Source of the DNA: Mizuhopecten yessoensis
Taxonomy: Eukaryota
Length of the DNA stretch: 64,000 bases
Assembly (NCBI RefSeq): GCF_002113885.1
Contig: NW_018480066.1
Location: 651,786 to 715,785, forward strand
Reading direction: 5' to 3'
The notes below the pieces were generated by a model. The model saw only the letters and a list, made by a program, of their open reading frames with translations. It was not told the DNA's origin and did not search any database. A program made the translations under genes and the position numbers. Of the stretch, positions 24,901 to 39,900 are shown in pieces. Each line of letters starts with the position of its first letter. The first letter of the stretch is position 1.

Positions 24901-27900
24901 ATTATATATTATGCCTGTGTTTGTCGTGACAGTTACAGTAGATAGGCTGTGGTATAAGTGCTAGCCTATTTCAGTTACAGACTGTGCCTGAACACACTGA
25001 AGTTCGTCTGACTCGAGACAGCTACTGCGATTCCACATCTACTAGCATGGCCTCCGAGGTTTGGGCGGTCTTTAATTAGCGGTGGCATTATATATCTCTA
25101 ACTTTGTCTTTGTCTTTTTCTCCTGCATCTTGCTTCAGAGGGTGTGTTTTTTTAGCTTGACTTTCCACCTAAGTTTTAAATGTGTGTGTTTTTTTATGTT
25201 GCATGCAATAAAAATGTTGGTATGTTTAATGTATTTGCAGTCGGTAAGAACTAGCACTTGAAAATAATTGTGTGATACGAGACTGATACCTGTTATCTTC
25301 CTTAAAAATGTAACCGATACTTTTCTTTTTAAATTAATATACCTGGTAATCTATTACAGCTAGGTGCAGCTTGTTTATGGAGTGTCATGCAAAACATCCT
25401 CTTGCCCACTAGAAGGGTTACATTGGAAGGGATACTCAGATTCTGTGTAGTTCTCCATGGCACAAGGGCTAGACAACTGACAATTTTCACCACAACAATA
25501 ATGAGATGTCTCGGCGACAGTGAAAATCCTGTCATAAAACTGTCCTGACATTTCAGAAGTCTGGGCTGTTTTCAGCATATTACTGTATGGTTTTTATACA
25601 GAAATGTAGTAATGGGAAACAAATGTACTTCAATCAGCATTTTGGAATATATAAATGGATTCCTATCTGTAGGATTAACTATTTCTAAAATAGCCTAAAC
25701 ATCTTAAGCGTTAAAATATCGATATCTCCTATTCTTGAAGCAATTCAAACCCAAAGGATGAAGTAAGACTATGACATCAGTGTTTTATGTCCGGGAACAA
25801 CAGTTAGGTTTTTAACTCATTCACCCCTGAAGACACATTTGAACTCTTCCAATTCAAAGGTTGGAATAGTTCATTATGAAATTTCAGGGATGAATGAATT
25901 AATGTACCAGCACTGTATTTATACATGGTATTGAGTGTGATAAAATCCACCCCATTGTAACTCAACATGGCATTTTCCTTATCTACATGACAAATCTAAT
26001 TTGGACAGTTTACTATATTTTAACTATAATTTAAACTCATTGTCTATAAACATATATTCCTATAGGGAATGCAATAATATTAATGAACTTGTAAGATAAT
26101 GAACAAAATTTATAATTTAGATATTAATGATATGAAATGCAGTCATTTTTGAAAAGCAATATTCCATCACACTTTCCAAAGATCTCTCGAGGGCTGATCT
26201 ACTCTATCAGCATCATCAGTACTTTTGTCTCACAGCTGGAAGAGGTCAGAGGTCAGATCATGCTGTGCCAACCTCTCACCTCATTAGCTTGGTAATTTCA
26301 CTGAAGAAATTGCAGGTGTGCCGAGTTTTTGGACTACCTCCCTGAAAAGAAAAGTCGAGACAAAAGTGAAGATATACAAATAGTTTTAACAAGTTACTTC
26401 TTTATCTATTAGTAATTGAAATAGAGGTAAATTAATTCAGTAATAAACACTCAGCACAATACTCACTTGGTATATATTATCAATAAATCAGAAATACACT
26501 AACAATTTCCACTATACATGTAATTATTATCTCCTGCAACTACATGCCTATATTATGTGTAGAATTTTACTGCTTCATGCTGTTAATTCATATAACTACC
26601 TAAAACCAAAAATAATGATACACATATCAATGTCTTATTACCCTTGAAAAAGTTGTGAATTTTTCATCAATTTTTAAAATGAAACCTTTTTGTGAATTTT
26701 TCATCAATTTTTAAAATGAGACCTTTTTGAGGAATTTAAAATTTTCTTTTCTGCTTTTTTTTTAATGTGTAAAGAAAGGGAGGAGTTAGCTTAAAGCTTC
26801 AAGGTTTATGCTACATATCTTCAGTGGAACTTGGATAAAGCCCTCAGTCTCACACAGTACATCTACACTGAATATCTAGTATGTACATAAAGAAAACAGA
26901 TCAAATTGTTATAGGTGTGTTTATAAAGGTATTAAACCAGGATATAGGTCTGTAGGCCTTAATGGAGAAAACACAGAGGGAAGAAATCAGCACTTCGAAA
27001 CACAAGAAACCTCTGACTGGATGTAGTTTCTAAAGAAACAGGACTATTTTAATGAATGACCATATTTTAGGCACTGGATATCTTTCATACCTTATTTTCT
27101 GATTAGCAAAAATCTTTTTTTTAGAATGGCAATGTTTCACTTTAGAGCTTACAGGTTAGTGTGAAAGTTGGCTTCTCCTGAGATAATATAATGGTTTTGA
27201 CTGTACAGCAGATCAAAATTTGTACTTGTGAACAGGCTTCCCTAAGGGGGGGGGGTCATAGGGGGTCACTTTATGCAAAATCTTCAATCAACATTTCTTC
27301 TGTAAGTTACTGGTAGATTATGACCAACGTTTTGATGAAATCATTGATTGTTCACTATGTACCCCATTGCACTACACTTGACCCACTGAGCTTTTATTCA
27401 TATGTATTTAGATCTACATAACAGTACATGACATTTTTGGTTTCACTCAGGTGACCATTTATGCCCGTGTACCTCTTGTTTTTTCCCATACATATAATGT
27501 GATAAATGTACTAGTAAATAGGGTGATTGGTAAGGTTAACTGTTTAAAGTGATATATATATATATCTTGTAGAGTACAACTACCAACAACACTCCTACTC
27601 CCCCCATCTCACCTCAGACTGGTATCTCTGCTGGGGGCCAGGTAAGCTGTGTGTCACTTGTCCACACTTCTCTTGCTAGTCCAGACTCTGTGCTTTACTA
27701 TTTGTACAAGTTTCTGCACTTTGTTGTGAGAGTTTTTAACAAGCTAATTATAACCTCATTCCCTACCCCCATATAAGGTAAGGGACATTTTGAAGTCACT
27801 TTGTTCGTTCATCCATGCATCCTTGTCTGTGCTGCAGTTAATACCCTGTCCATACCATTTATCTTTTAACTGGCTTAACCTTTCTTTGTGAAACATCACA

Positions 27901-30900
27901 GACATATTAACAGATTGTGTGTCACATAACACACTTACAAGGTCAAGGTCAGGTCAGAAATCAGATAAGTTTAAAGCTTCCCTGGATCATATCTTCTTAA
28001 TGGCTGAACCTTTCCTTATTAAACAACATACATGTATGTGTTGACCAGTGTGTTGTATAGCACATTCAGAATCATACTCTTAAAGTCAAGTTTGTGACAA
28101 GGGTTCAAAGGTCAAATCTTTAAAAACCTGCCTTATACATTCAGGTCAGTATTAAAGAGTAAGGATATGACAAATGGTCAAAAGCACAAAAATAAATATA
28201 TTAAATTTTTTGTCCAAACCATAGCTTATAATTATCACCTTCAGGTTTTCTTATGAAACTTTCTAGCTATGCTATATCATAGTTGAACACAGTGGTATTG
28301 TGGAACACTCCAGAAAGGTCAAGGTGGCATGACAAAGGGCAAGGTGGGTAAACCCTAGTGAGCCTCATAATCAGCTCACTTAGTTGTGACTGTAAACTTC
28401 ATGCTTTTGTTTATAGCTGGATATATTGACGTTATTTCAGATACTTTATTTGACTTTTGTGTTACTTTATTTGACTTTTGTGTTACTTTATTTGACTTTA
28501 CTTTATTTGATTTTTGTGTTACTTTATTTGACTTTTGTGTTACTTTATTTGACTTTACCTTATTTGACTTTTGTGTTACTTTATTTGACTTTTGTGTTAC
28601 TTATTTGACTTTTGTGTTACTTTATTTGAGTTTTATGTTACTTTATTTGACTTTTGTGTTACTTTATTTGACTTTTGTGTTACTATATTTGACTTTTATG
28701 TTACCTGACTTTTTTGTTACTTTATTTGACTTTTATGTTACTTTATTTGACTTTTGTGTTACTTATTTGACTTTTGTGTTACTTTATTTGAGTTTTATGT
28801 TACTTTATTTGACTTTTGTGTTACTTTATTTGACTTTTGTGTTACTTTATTTGACTTTTATGTTACCTGACTTTTTTGTTACTTTATTTGACTTTTATGT
28901 TACTTTATTTGACTTTTGTGTTACTTATTTGACTTTTGTGTTACTTTATTTGAGTTTTATGTTACTTTATTTGACTTTTGTGTTACTTTATTTGACTTTT
29001 GTGTTACTTTATTTGACTTTTATATTACTTTATTTGACTTTTATAACTCAATGTTATCTCTCACTTTATTAACGCTGTCTCTTCTTGATGTCATATTCTA
29101 TAAAACTTCACAGACTGACTCGGCTACTGGTACATGCTTTTATCCAAAGAAATTTTTGTTAATACTGGATCTGAATATTTTATTTAAAATGATGGATATT
29201 TATTTCATGAACCAACTCAGCATTTTAATGTTTACAATAATCAATCAGTTTCAAAACACTTGACATGTTCTGTGAGACAACAGGGAAGGGAGTCTGTAAA
29301 CCTTGTCTGATATTCAGGCTGTGGTTGGGGAGAATGGCACAGGTCAACTTGTCGTTGATGGCAGGACACATGATTTCACATGTATCTGTTCTGGTGTTAG
29401 TCTCCTATGATGGTCACTCTATTTGGTCATACTTAAGGATCCCTGTACCACTGCCAGAAAACTTGGTAACTATACATTGGGAACTTTTTTCCAGTATGAC
29501 TGTATATTTGATAAATCATTTCTGAAAAGAAAACTATACCTTGTGGAAGTTTTATGATTTTTTTTATATAAAGATGAAATAATCAAAAGAAATCAACTTT
29601 ACTGCAATGAACCAGACCAGGATTCGAACCCAGGATCTTTGATGGTTATACTGTGGCTCTTACCAACTGAACTACCTGCATGGTTAACGGTTGTGTTCTG
29701 GCCTAGTCACGTTACAGTCGTATAAATATGAAATAAATGGGCTGTTACTGCATTTATGAAAAAGTACATCATTATTATACCACAAGGTCATTGTTGTACC
29801 ACAAGGTCATTATTATACCACAAGGTCATTATTATACCACAAGGTCATTGTTGTACCACAAGGTCATTATTATACCACAAGGTCATTGTTGTACCACAAG
29901 GTCATTATTATACCACAAGGTCATTATTATACCACAAGGTCATTGTTGTACCACAAGGTCATTATTATACCACAAGGTCATTGTTGTACCACAAGGTCAT
30001 TATTATACCACAAGGTCATTATTATACCACAAGGTCATTGTTGTACCACAAGGTCATTGTTGTACCACAAGGTCATTGTTGTACCACAAGGTCATTATTA
30101 TACCACAAGGTCATTATTATACCACAAGGTCATTGTTGTACCACAAGGTCATTGTTGTACCACAAGGTCATTATTATACCACAAGGTCATTGTTGTACCA
30201 CAAGGTCATTGTTGTACCACAAGATCATTGTTGTACCACAAGGTCATTGTTGTACCACAAGATCATTGTTGTACCACAAGGTCATTGTTATACCACAATG
30301 TCATTGTTGTACCACAAGGTCATTGTCCTAATACAAGCTGTTCATATAGTTTACTTAGTTTGTGTAATCTAAAACAAAACTTGGTCTTTATTAAAATGCT
30401 GGTACCTACATGTGTTTCTATTAAGTCAAAGTGTTTTCAGTTTTAGGGAATAATGATCAATGCTCTACTATCAGTTAAGTGCTTATACATGCATATTAAA
30501 ACAGCGACAGACTAGAGTATCATTTGGGTGATTTTCAATATAATCATGGTAAAAATATGAATATATATGTACACATATTTTATAGTTGCTAGTTATCCGG
30601 GGTGTAAGAATTCAATCTCGCTCTCAACCTCTGTTTTGCTTAATTGTTTTAGGCAAGTTTATACTTCATTTTTTGTTTAATTATCATTATCCAATTCATA
30701 CAAATAAGATTAAAATAATTGATGATCTCACCACCTGCCCTTCAGCAATGATGGGGTACCTGGCATTAAATATTTATACTTTGTGTGCTGATATCTTCTC
30801 AAAAACAATACATGGTACTTGAATTCTCATTTTGCGTTCCTGAAATAAAAAAATCCCCTGTAAAAATACGCAACTATTTGTTGAACAGTATCCAGTGTCC

Positions 30901-33900
30901 GATGTGTCACAGTCCATGGATTGTGGAAACCTTCAAGGAATCCAGCAAAGAAATATTTTATCAAACTGAAAATGTTCGTTGGTTTTGAGAAACGCTGTAG
31001 GTCCAGTAATAAAACCTGTGAATTAAACAGGATTGCAGTGTACTGATTAACACGCTAACAACGATATATGGGAGTATTTCCTGGACTTATATATTTGAAA
31101 CACTTTTTTCTCTTAATTATTTCTTACTGTTTTCAGTTTACGCTTCAAATAATAAAAATAACAAATTTGCATTACAACTTTAATACAAAAAGATGTTTGT
31201 GTGTTTTTGAAAATAAACCTTAAACATTCTGTAGACCTGCTGCAGTTATATGTATCTGTAATGATGTAATAGGAAGTAATATCTTGATGATTATCTTTAA
31301 TGTTTAATTGATTCCAGATCTAGAAGATATAAATTTAACATCAACGAAATGTTTTACTTTTATAAGGTTTAATGACTAAGTAAAATTAAGGTCAAATTAG
31401 GTTGAGCTGACTTTAACAGCCTCGTATAACTGTTCCTAATGTTAGACAATTTGAGAAATAAAAAGTTATTTCACTGAGTATGAGGAAGCAAGTATTGATA
31501 CAGATTCTATCATAACTACATAACTTACAAGTTTTTGAACACAGCTTAAACCTTATTTGTATATTGTATTTACTCAGTATGTATCTTCTTCTTTTATCTA
31601 ATAACAAGTTTTCATAATTGAAATTTGAATGTCAAATTCTAAACATTGTTTTGAACTGGCAAGATATCTGATATGACTGTAAATAACTGGTACATCCTGG
31701 TAACTTTGAGCTATTTGGAGAGTAGTGATTGACAAGAATCTTGTAAAATATCAGACATGTGCCTTTAAAGTAAATTTTCCGTTACATTCTTCAACTTCAT
31801 GATTTCTTTTACTTAAGATTATAGAAGAACATACATGTATATAGCTTTGTATGTGCATGCAATGTACATGTAGATGACATGCTTTGTAAGGAAGGACTTC
31901 ATATTTCTATTAAAATTGACATATGATAAACTAATCTAAAGAATTAGTGTGTGGTGCGTTTTTCAGAAAATGGCAGAAATGGAAGAAGTTATCCTGGCTA
32001 GAGAAAGTAAACTGGTACAGCTAAGTAAGGAAAACAACGACCTGTTAGAGACCAACAGTATCTTACGCAAGTAAGTACCACATATCTACGCCCAAGCAGT
32101 AATGCTGTTGTCTTTATTGATATAATTTTTAACTCACATCTCAATATTTTATACAGGGGATCTAACACTGAACACAACACAAAGAAGCAAAGAAATTGCA
32201 TCATTTAATAGAAATATTTTGAAGTAGTAGTGAAACCTCTGGTGTTAGTGACTGTTATCTTATCCCACCATTTTAAATTGAATCTGTGTCACTGCAATAT
32301 GCATGTACCAGCAAAACAGTTAGATATTGTGCTTTCTGTTAGTAATGGGATGACAAAAGAGCTTCTTAAAAAAGTAATTGATGTACTGAACATTTCAATT
32401 GTTTCTTTAAACTTTTACAAACCTTTATACATATCTACTTCCTATTTGCATAAAATATGTGTATTCATATGTACTCTGTAATTGGTAAATGTTACTTCTT
32501 TCCACTGTATATTTTTATCTAAATTGAAGTTGAAGTTTTAATCCAGCATATACTCCCCCTTTCTCTTAAAAAATGATCTATTTATACTGTAACTATGACA
32601 TCCTCCATTACAGCCAGATACAGCAGCTGGAAGAAACGCGAGAACTTGAATTGGAGGATGTGAGCAAGGTTTCCACAGAGTTTGCCGGTAGAATTGCAGA
32701 GTCTGAGAAAAAACTAAACAGTGTGATACGGGTACTTTTCAATTTGTAACCTTTCTGAGTAACCAAGGTGAAGGTCAATATGTTAAGTATATATTTGTTA
32801 TTAGTCCCCCACCAGTACTGCTAGAGAGTACTTTAACTTTGCACCCTGTCCATCCGTAGATGATGACAATAAAATCTAGTTGATTTGGCTAGATGTATAA
32901 GCTGTAAGTCTACATACACTTATAAGGTAGCTGACTTGCCTTGTCAATGTTATTGTCATCTTCTACGTGTTATATTTGTTAGTTAACATACTCAGTCATT
33001 TGTCTGATGAAGGTGACAGAACATAGTGTACAAGTCATCAAAATGGAAGATAAACTTTTCACCTGTCATGCTGTATGAACCTTAAAATATTCTCTTATGC
33101 TGGTAAAAGTAAAACTTAATGAGTCACTGCATTTTTTTGGGAAATTCTTGTTTAGAATTGCTTCTTAGGTTCAATGGTCAAAGGTCAAGGTACTATTTAT
33201 TGATGTCACAAAGAGTAGAATTTGATCAGGCAAATATGTCAGTATTCAGAATTAAGGCATGTTATTCCTTAAATTCAACACTGAACGGGAGATTAGTATT
33301 TCTCAGCATTACCTGTTTTTTACAATAAGATCAGTCTGTAAATTCAACATGACTATAAACAGTCCTATTTTAGTAATGCTACAAACCTAACAATGTTTGT
33401 ATCTATATGTGCGTAGTAAAAGTTTTATACTTAACAGAAATTGAGCTGGTCCCTTTTTGTATTGGCAGGAAAGAGATACAGCAAGGAAAGACCTACAGAA
33501 ATCTTTTGATGATTTTGCTAAAAAGTAAGAAACTTTTGAGTGATCATTAGTTTTATATAACACTGAAAATAAAACATAACAACATGCTCACTATTCCTCA
33601 TAAATTATTTTACAATAAGCAAAATTTTATTTTGCATATTGGATGCTTACAATTAGAGAAATAAAACTTAGCTTTCATTTCAAAGCTTAATTTGTACTCT
33701 AAAGCTATTAGTTGGAAGATTATCTAAAGATTTCATTAGAAAATTTAGAAAATTTGGAGGTTTTAGTCAGCTTTTATTTTAAATGTTGTTTTTCATTTTC
33801 AGAGTCCGAGGATTCCAGTCAGAAATAGAAGAGAAAGATCAACAGATAGCAGAACTATTACAGGAAGGTACAAACCTAATAAATTGTCTCCCTGACATCA

Positions 33901-36900
33901 TGATTACACGACACAAATATCTGTCAGACCCAGATTATAGGGTTTTGTTATGATAATTTGATTTCCAGTTTTTCATTGAGATTGTATATATCTGGAGATT
34001 TGTTTGCTGCTCCTAGGAATGTTGGTTCAAGAGCTAATTTTACGAAAATATTGTTGTCCTAGGTGGTTCAAGAGACTTTTGATATGAAAATGATCAGCTG
34101 AATGCCATTTGACATTTTTTACAGGTGAAAAGTTATCTAAACAGCAGCTACAAAGCAACAACATTGTAAAGAAGTTACGAGTGAAGGAGAAGGAAAACGA
34201 CTCACTGTTAACAAGTCAGAAGTAGGTGTCTATCATTAACATTCTGTTTACCTCCCTGTTAACCAGTCAAAAGTCAGTGTCTATTATTAACATTCTGTTT
34301 ACCTATCTGTTAACCAGTCAAAGGTCAGTGTCTGTTATTAACATTCTGTTTACCTCCCTGTTAACCAGTCAAAAGTCAGTGTCTATTATTAACATTCTGT
34401 TTACCTATCTGTTAACCAGTCAAAAGTCAGTGTCTGTTATTAACATTCTGTTTACCTCTCTGTTAACCAGTCAAAGGTCGGAATCTGTTATTAACATTCT
34501 GTTTACCTATCTGTTAACCAGTCAAAGGTCAGTGTCTGTTATTACCATTCTGTTTACCTCCCTGTTAACCAGTCAAAAGTCAGTGTCTATTCTTAACATT
34601 CTGTTTACCTCCCTGTTAACCAGTCAAAAGTCAGTGTCTATTATTAACATTCTGTTTACCTCCGTGTTTATCATGCAGCCTTCATCCTGCAAACCTTTCA
34701 GATTTCATTGCAAGATGTGGTGGGTTCTGGTGGCAAAATCTGAAAATGTCTAAAATGTACATGCAATGACCTCTATTTTTAGCCCACCATCATCTGATGG
34801 TGGGCTATTCAAATCACCCTGCACCCGTGGTCCGTCCGTGGTCTGTGGTCCGTCCTTAAACAATTCTTGTTATCGCTATTTCTCGGGAAGTACTGGAGGG
34901 ATCTTTCTCAAATTTTATATGTAGGTTCCTCTTGGTCCTTAGCTGTACAGGGCAATTTTTGAGACTGATCGGATAAACAACATGGCCGACAGGCAGCCAT
35001 CTTGGATTTTGATAGTGAAAGTTTGTTATCGCTATTTCTCGGGAAGTACTGGAGGGATCTTTCTCAAATTTTATATGTAGGTTCCCCTTGATCCCTCGTT
35101 GTGCATGTTATATTTTGAGACTGATCATAAAAACAAAATGGATTAAAAGAAGAACTAAACAGATCTTTCTCATATTGAAATGATCGATTCTATTTCTTTC
35201 ACATTAAGTACTGTACTAGTAAATATGTGAAATGACAAACTCACTTTGAAGGTTGGCTTTCATACACATCAGTATTAAGTTTAGATCAAAAGTTACCTCA
35301 AGGTGCATTTACTGTTAACATGACTCGATCAAACAGATTAGAGGAAAGAAGAGAAAAGATTGAACTGACAAAGAACTGGTACAAAGGTGGGCGCCAAGAC
35401 CCCTCTGGGATCTCTTGTATAGTATAGTAGCCTTTTTGCACCCTAACTTTTATTTTTTCATTTTTCCAGAAAACAGATCGATGATCAACAGAAAGAGTTG
35501 GACCACCTCAGGACTGTCTGCGAATCCAAGGATGTAATGGAGAAAAAACAGACAGGTCTGGCATAAAATAATAAAAATCTGACATTTCTGTTATTAACAT
35601 ACCAGTCTGTAAAAAGGTTTAACAGTGAAATGTTTTAAGGTGCTTATAAAGATAGGTATAGTTAGTCTTTCATTTTGAAAGAATGCTTCAGGTTATATTA
35701 TTAGAAAAAGAAGTTCATGGGTGTTCACCTGTTTCTTCAAACTTTGGGTCAAATTCCCCAGAAGTTAAGAAAAGAATTCAATTACCGGTATAATGTATCA
35801 ACTGCAAAACTCAACTGTATGAAAATTGTTGCATTTTGAATTCAAGGCAAATCATTTAATTTTCAGATGGCATCACTCAATTGAATTCTGCTGTACAGAA
35901 ACAAGAGAGGGAGATTTCTAAGTTAAAGGTAAAGGACTAACGCATGTGATGATACTTATTGATTTAAGTTCTTGTTATATGTTAGCGTTAGAGCTGAGAC
36001 TTATACTCGCACACTGTGAGCAGTAGAGTTACATAGGGGAAGGGAGATTATGCAGTAACATGGACAGTGTGTAATAAGTAGAAACTATCCTGCGTGTAAC
36101 TTTCAACATATACAGTACACAGTTCATGTAATATTACTGGATGCAGTGTAACTAATTGTATTTAGATATTCTCATGTAACGAAGTCAAATTTTATGTAAT
36201 TAGTAATAATTGAGAAAATAATTCTATGGTGTTTCAGGGAGAGCTGACAGATGCCCAGGAAAGAGTGCGAGGTCTGCAGGCAGCACTGGACAACTCTTAT
36301 AAGTAAGTATGGTGTCTAAACAAAACAATACATATACAAGCCAGACACCTCTACAAACCAGACCTTCAAATAATCAGGTTCCATTGTATCACTATATAAA
36401 TTAAATCTGTGCAATACTAGAAATGAGATTAAGATAGAAACATCTTTTGGTTGTGCTGATATAAAATACTTCGTTGACAACCTTTTTGTGATACTATCCT
36501 ATATGATCTTAGTTGATTGACTGTACAGATGTTATTAGGTTATTAGTCCCTTACCGGTGAAACCGGGGGGGCTATAGTTTTCCTCTCCGTCCGTCTGTGT
36601 ACGTACGTAACACCAATGATTGTCAGCGCTCTAGCGGCTTCATTCCATGAAGGATTTTGATCAAACTTCACACAAATACAATGGATCATAATATCTTGGA
36701 CAAATTCGAGTTTCAAGGTTGTTCGGTCAAGGTCACCGTTTCTATTTTTAGAGAATCCTTGTCAGCGCTCTAGCGGCTTCATTCCTTGATGGATTTTGAT
36801 CAAACTTCACACAATTACAAAGGACCATAATATCTCAGACAAGTTTGAGTTTCAGGGTTGTTTGGTCAAGGGTAACCGTTACTATTTTTAGAAAATCCTT

Positions 36901-39900
36901 GTCAGCGCTCTTGCGGCTTTATTCCTTGAGGGATTTTATCAAACTTCACTCCATTACAAAGGACCATAATATCTCGAACACATTCAAGTTTCAGGGTTGT
37001 AGAGTTGATGTAAAGGCCACCGTTAATATTAATACAAAATCCTGGACAAGTTGAAGCCAGTGATGGACTGATGATCAATATATAATAATAGAACAAAGAT
37101 CGATTTGTCCTGTTCGATTCCGATTATTGATAACAAATTCCATAATCGATATAATCGGTTCATTACGGAACTTAAAGTGTCAAATGTGCATGTAATATAC
37201 AGTATACATGGAAATTCATTTATTCTGATTTTTGTTTACAATATGATTGATGGTAATGTAGAATAGAATAATTTCATTAAAATCAGTTACAAGCTAATTG
37301 TATACTTTTCATTTTACCAAATCAACACCAAAGGGCACCATTTGTATAAATCATTACAGTGTAATAGCTAGCGGGGGCCGGGAGGGGACATGTATTGCTT
37401 TAGCAATACTCAGTATGCTTGTTATCATATGATTACAGAGAGATCGCTGAGCTTCACAAGTCCAAGGCAGCCCAGGATAGCAAAGTGCAGGAGACGGCCT
37501 TGAGTCTGGAGATGTCTGTCCGCGAGGAACTCAAAGCCACTCTGACCAAGGAACAGTTCAGCTTCAAACAGGAGAGAGAGGCCCTTATAGCTCAGGTTAG
37601 GAGATAAAGATCCTTCATTTTCAGGGAATTCCCCAGGGTGAACTTCAGAATATGTTTCAATGTGAAAATCTGAATACTTTCCCCTTATTTTATCCCAAGG
37701 TACTGTTAAAATTAACAGTTTGTGTGTACTTTCTTTCGTGTTTTCGTGATTACCAAATATTTTTTGTTTTACCCTGGATTCTATGACACTTTCCTTGGAT
37801 GTGGTAAAGTTCATTTCATTTATACATAAGTAGAATCTACAACATTTTCAACATTAAATTCTTTTGCATGAATTTCTTTGTTGTTGTTACGTGGTCATAG
37901 TTATACACGTACAATGTATATACTTTTGTTTGCACCTTTTTTTATTGAAATTAAGTACATGTAATTTTAATGTTTTTGTTGTGTATATTATTTCGAGTTG
38001 TAGAAATATTTGTTGTAGTTATATTCGTGAATCCATAGCAACGACAAAAACAACAAAAGTTTATACACAACCAACATTTTAGCTATACAGTAATGTGTTT
38101 GTTGCAAGGGATATTCAGCATTTTATAGCCCCAGTAAAACCAGACTGTCAGTATATAAGACAACGAGGAAGGAAGTCTTAAAATCTAGTCTGCTATATCT
38201 TCCAGGGTGTTGGACCCCAGTGGGGGTTCATGTGGGTCCAACATTTTGTTGGACACCTAATGTACCCATATATACATGTGTTCTTAGTTATGATTCTTCT
38301 CTGCCTAAACATTCCCCATCCACACACAAAGCCTTTAGGAGAACAATGTACAGGAGAGGGAGGATATCACCTACTCTGACATGGGTGATATACCAGTATA
38401 GCAGCATGTTAGTATAGCCACAGAGGTAAAGGAATCAGATGTTGTTTTTAACAGATTGAGGATTTGAGGATGAGTATGTCCCGGATGGAGAAGGAACACA
38501 ACCGGAGGGAGGACATGCTGAGACAGGAAATCTCGGACCTTCAGATGGTAGGTATTTACTTACTGGTGGCTCGGACCTTCAGATGGTAGGTATTTACTTA
38601 CTGGTGGCTCGGACCTTCAGATGGTAGGTATTTACTTACTGGTGGCTCGGACCTTCAGATGGTAGGTATTTACTTACTGGTGGAATCGAAAATTGGGTTC
38701 AGAGGAGAAGGTAGAATACCAAAATAATGTTAAGATAACTTAAAGGGGCTGGTCGGGGAAAAAATGTCATATTTGCTAAAATGTCACACACATGTTTAAA
38801 ATACCTTCTTATGAAATATACCGATACAAATTTTGCTGAAATTCACTCCCTCAGAGTAAAAATTATAATTATATTAAAGAAATCCTAAATCGTCACCTGA
38901 CAGTCTAAAACTCTCAATTGACTCAGATCAGTGATGTGATTTTACCGCACACGCGTCATCAACAAGGCCAAATGTAAACATCGCGGCAAAAGAAATAGAT
39001 GCCTGCAAAAGTCATGACAGGCACGAGGTATCAATACCGTTATATATAAAAGAAATTGATTGACTATAAACATACTTTGATTTATATGCTTTTAATTTGA
39101 TTTGTATGTTTGAAACTATTGTAATAATTTGTTAGATTTTGTTCTGATTAGGGGTAATAAAGTGTTTATAAATTCAGCATTTACAAGAGGATGAGGCCAG
39201 AAATCAAGACCTGACACACAGCGTAACATCAGGTATGTACCAGGTAGATGGAATGAGTCCTACATATTAGTTCTAGAATCTCTTTTACTTATCATGTGAC
39301 ATCTATTTGATGCTTATCCATGTGAAGAGTCATTTATGAATTCATATATTCCACGAATGTACCTTGTAAAAGGGAACATGAGTTTAAAGTGACATCTATT
39401 GACGTCAGTGATAGCTTACTTGCAGAATGTAATCGGTCAATAAGGTTATCATAGTCTTGTTTAGTTTAAATTAACGTAAAATCCATCATCACCTATCCCA
39501 ACAAATTAATGATATGTGAATATTTCATGTGTATCACTGGTTTCGTTGACAGCCACACGACCCCTGCTGAGACAGATTGAGAATCTCCAGAGTACATATG
39601 CTGCCCAGTCTACATCCTGGGAGAAGCTGGAGAAAACTCTCACGGACAGGATAGGTGATCCTCTACTGTTACATAACTCTTGGAGTGGAACCTAGTACTG
39701 GGTTATTCCAGAAATATAATATTCTTTAAAACTGTTAATGGTAATATGAAATATATCCACGTTATTACACAGACGAGCATTTTTGTATGCAGATGTCGAC
39801 TCATCAGAGTTAAAAGTAAACAGATTGAAACTGTACAAATATCATTCTACAACAACATTGACAAGTAACAATTGTCCACTATAGAAATGGTTAAAGTTGT

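Noticed and set aside
26182-26316. Possible further TMF1 cassette exon
   Set aside because: The phase-0 reading hits TAA and the open frame is phase-incompatible with the host intron
28386-30446. Hydrophobic or repetitive ORFs of 115-228 aa
   Set aside because: Products of the 21-bp and 19-bp minisatellites; no splice or codon evidence
38532-38683. CRISPR-like arrays (also the other regular repeats)
   Set aside because: Head-to-tail repeats with no unique spacers, no cas genes, eukaryotic context
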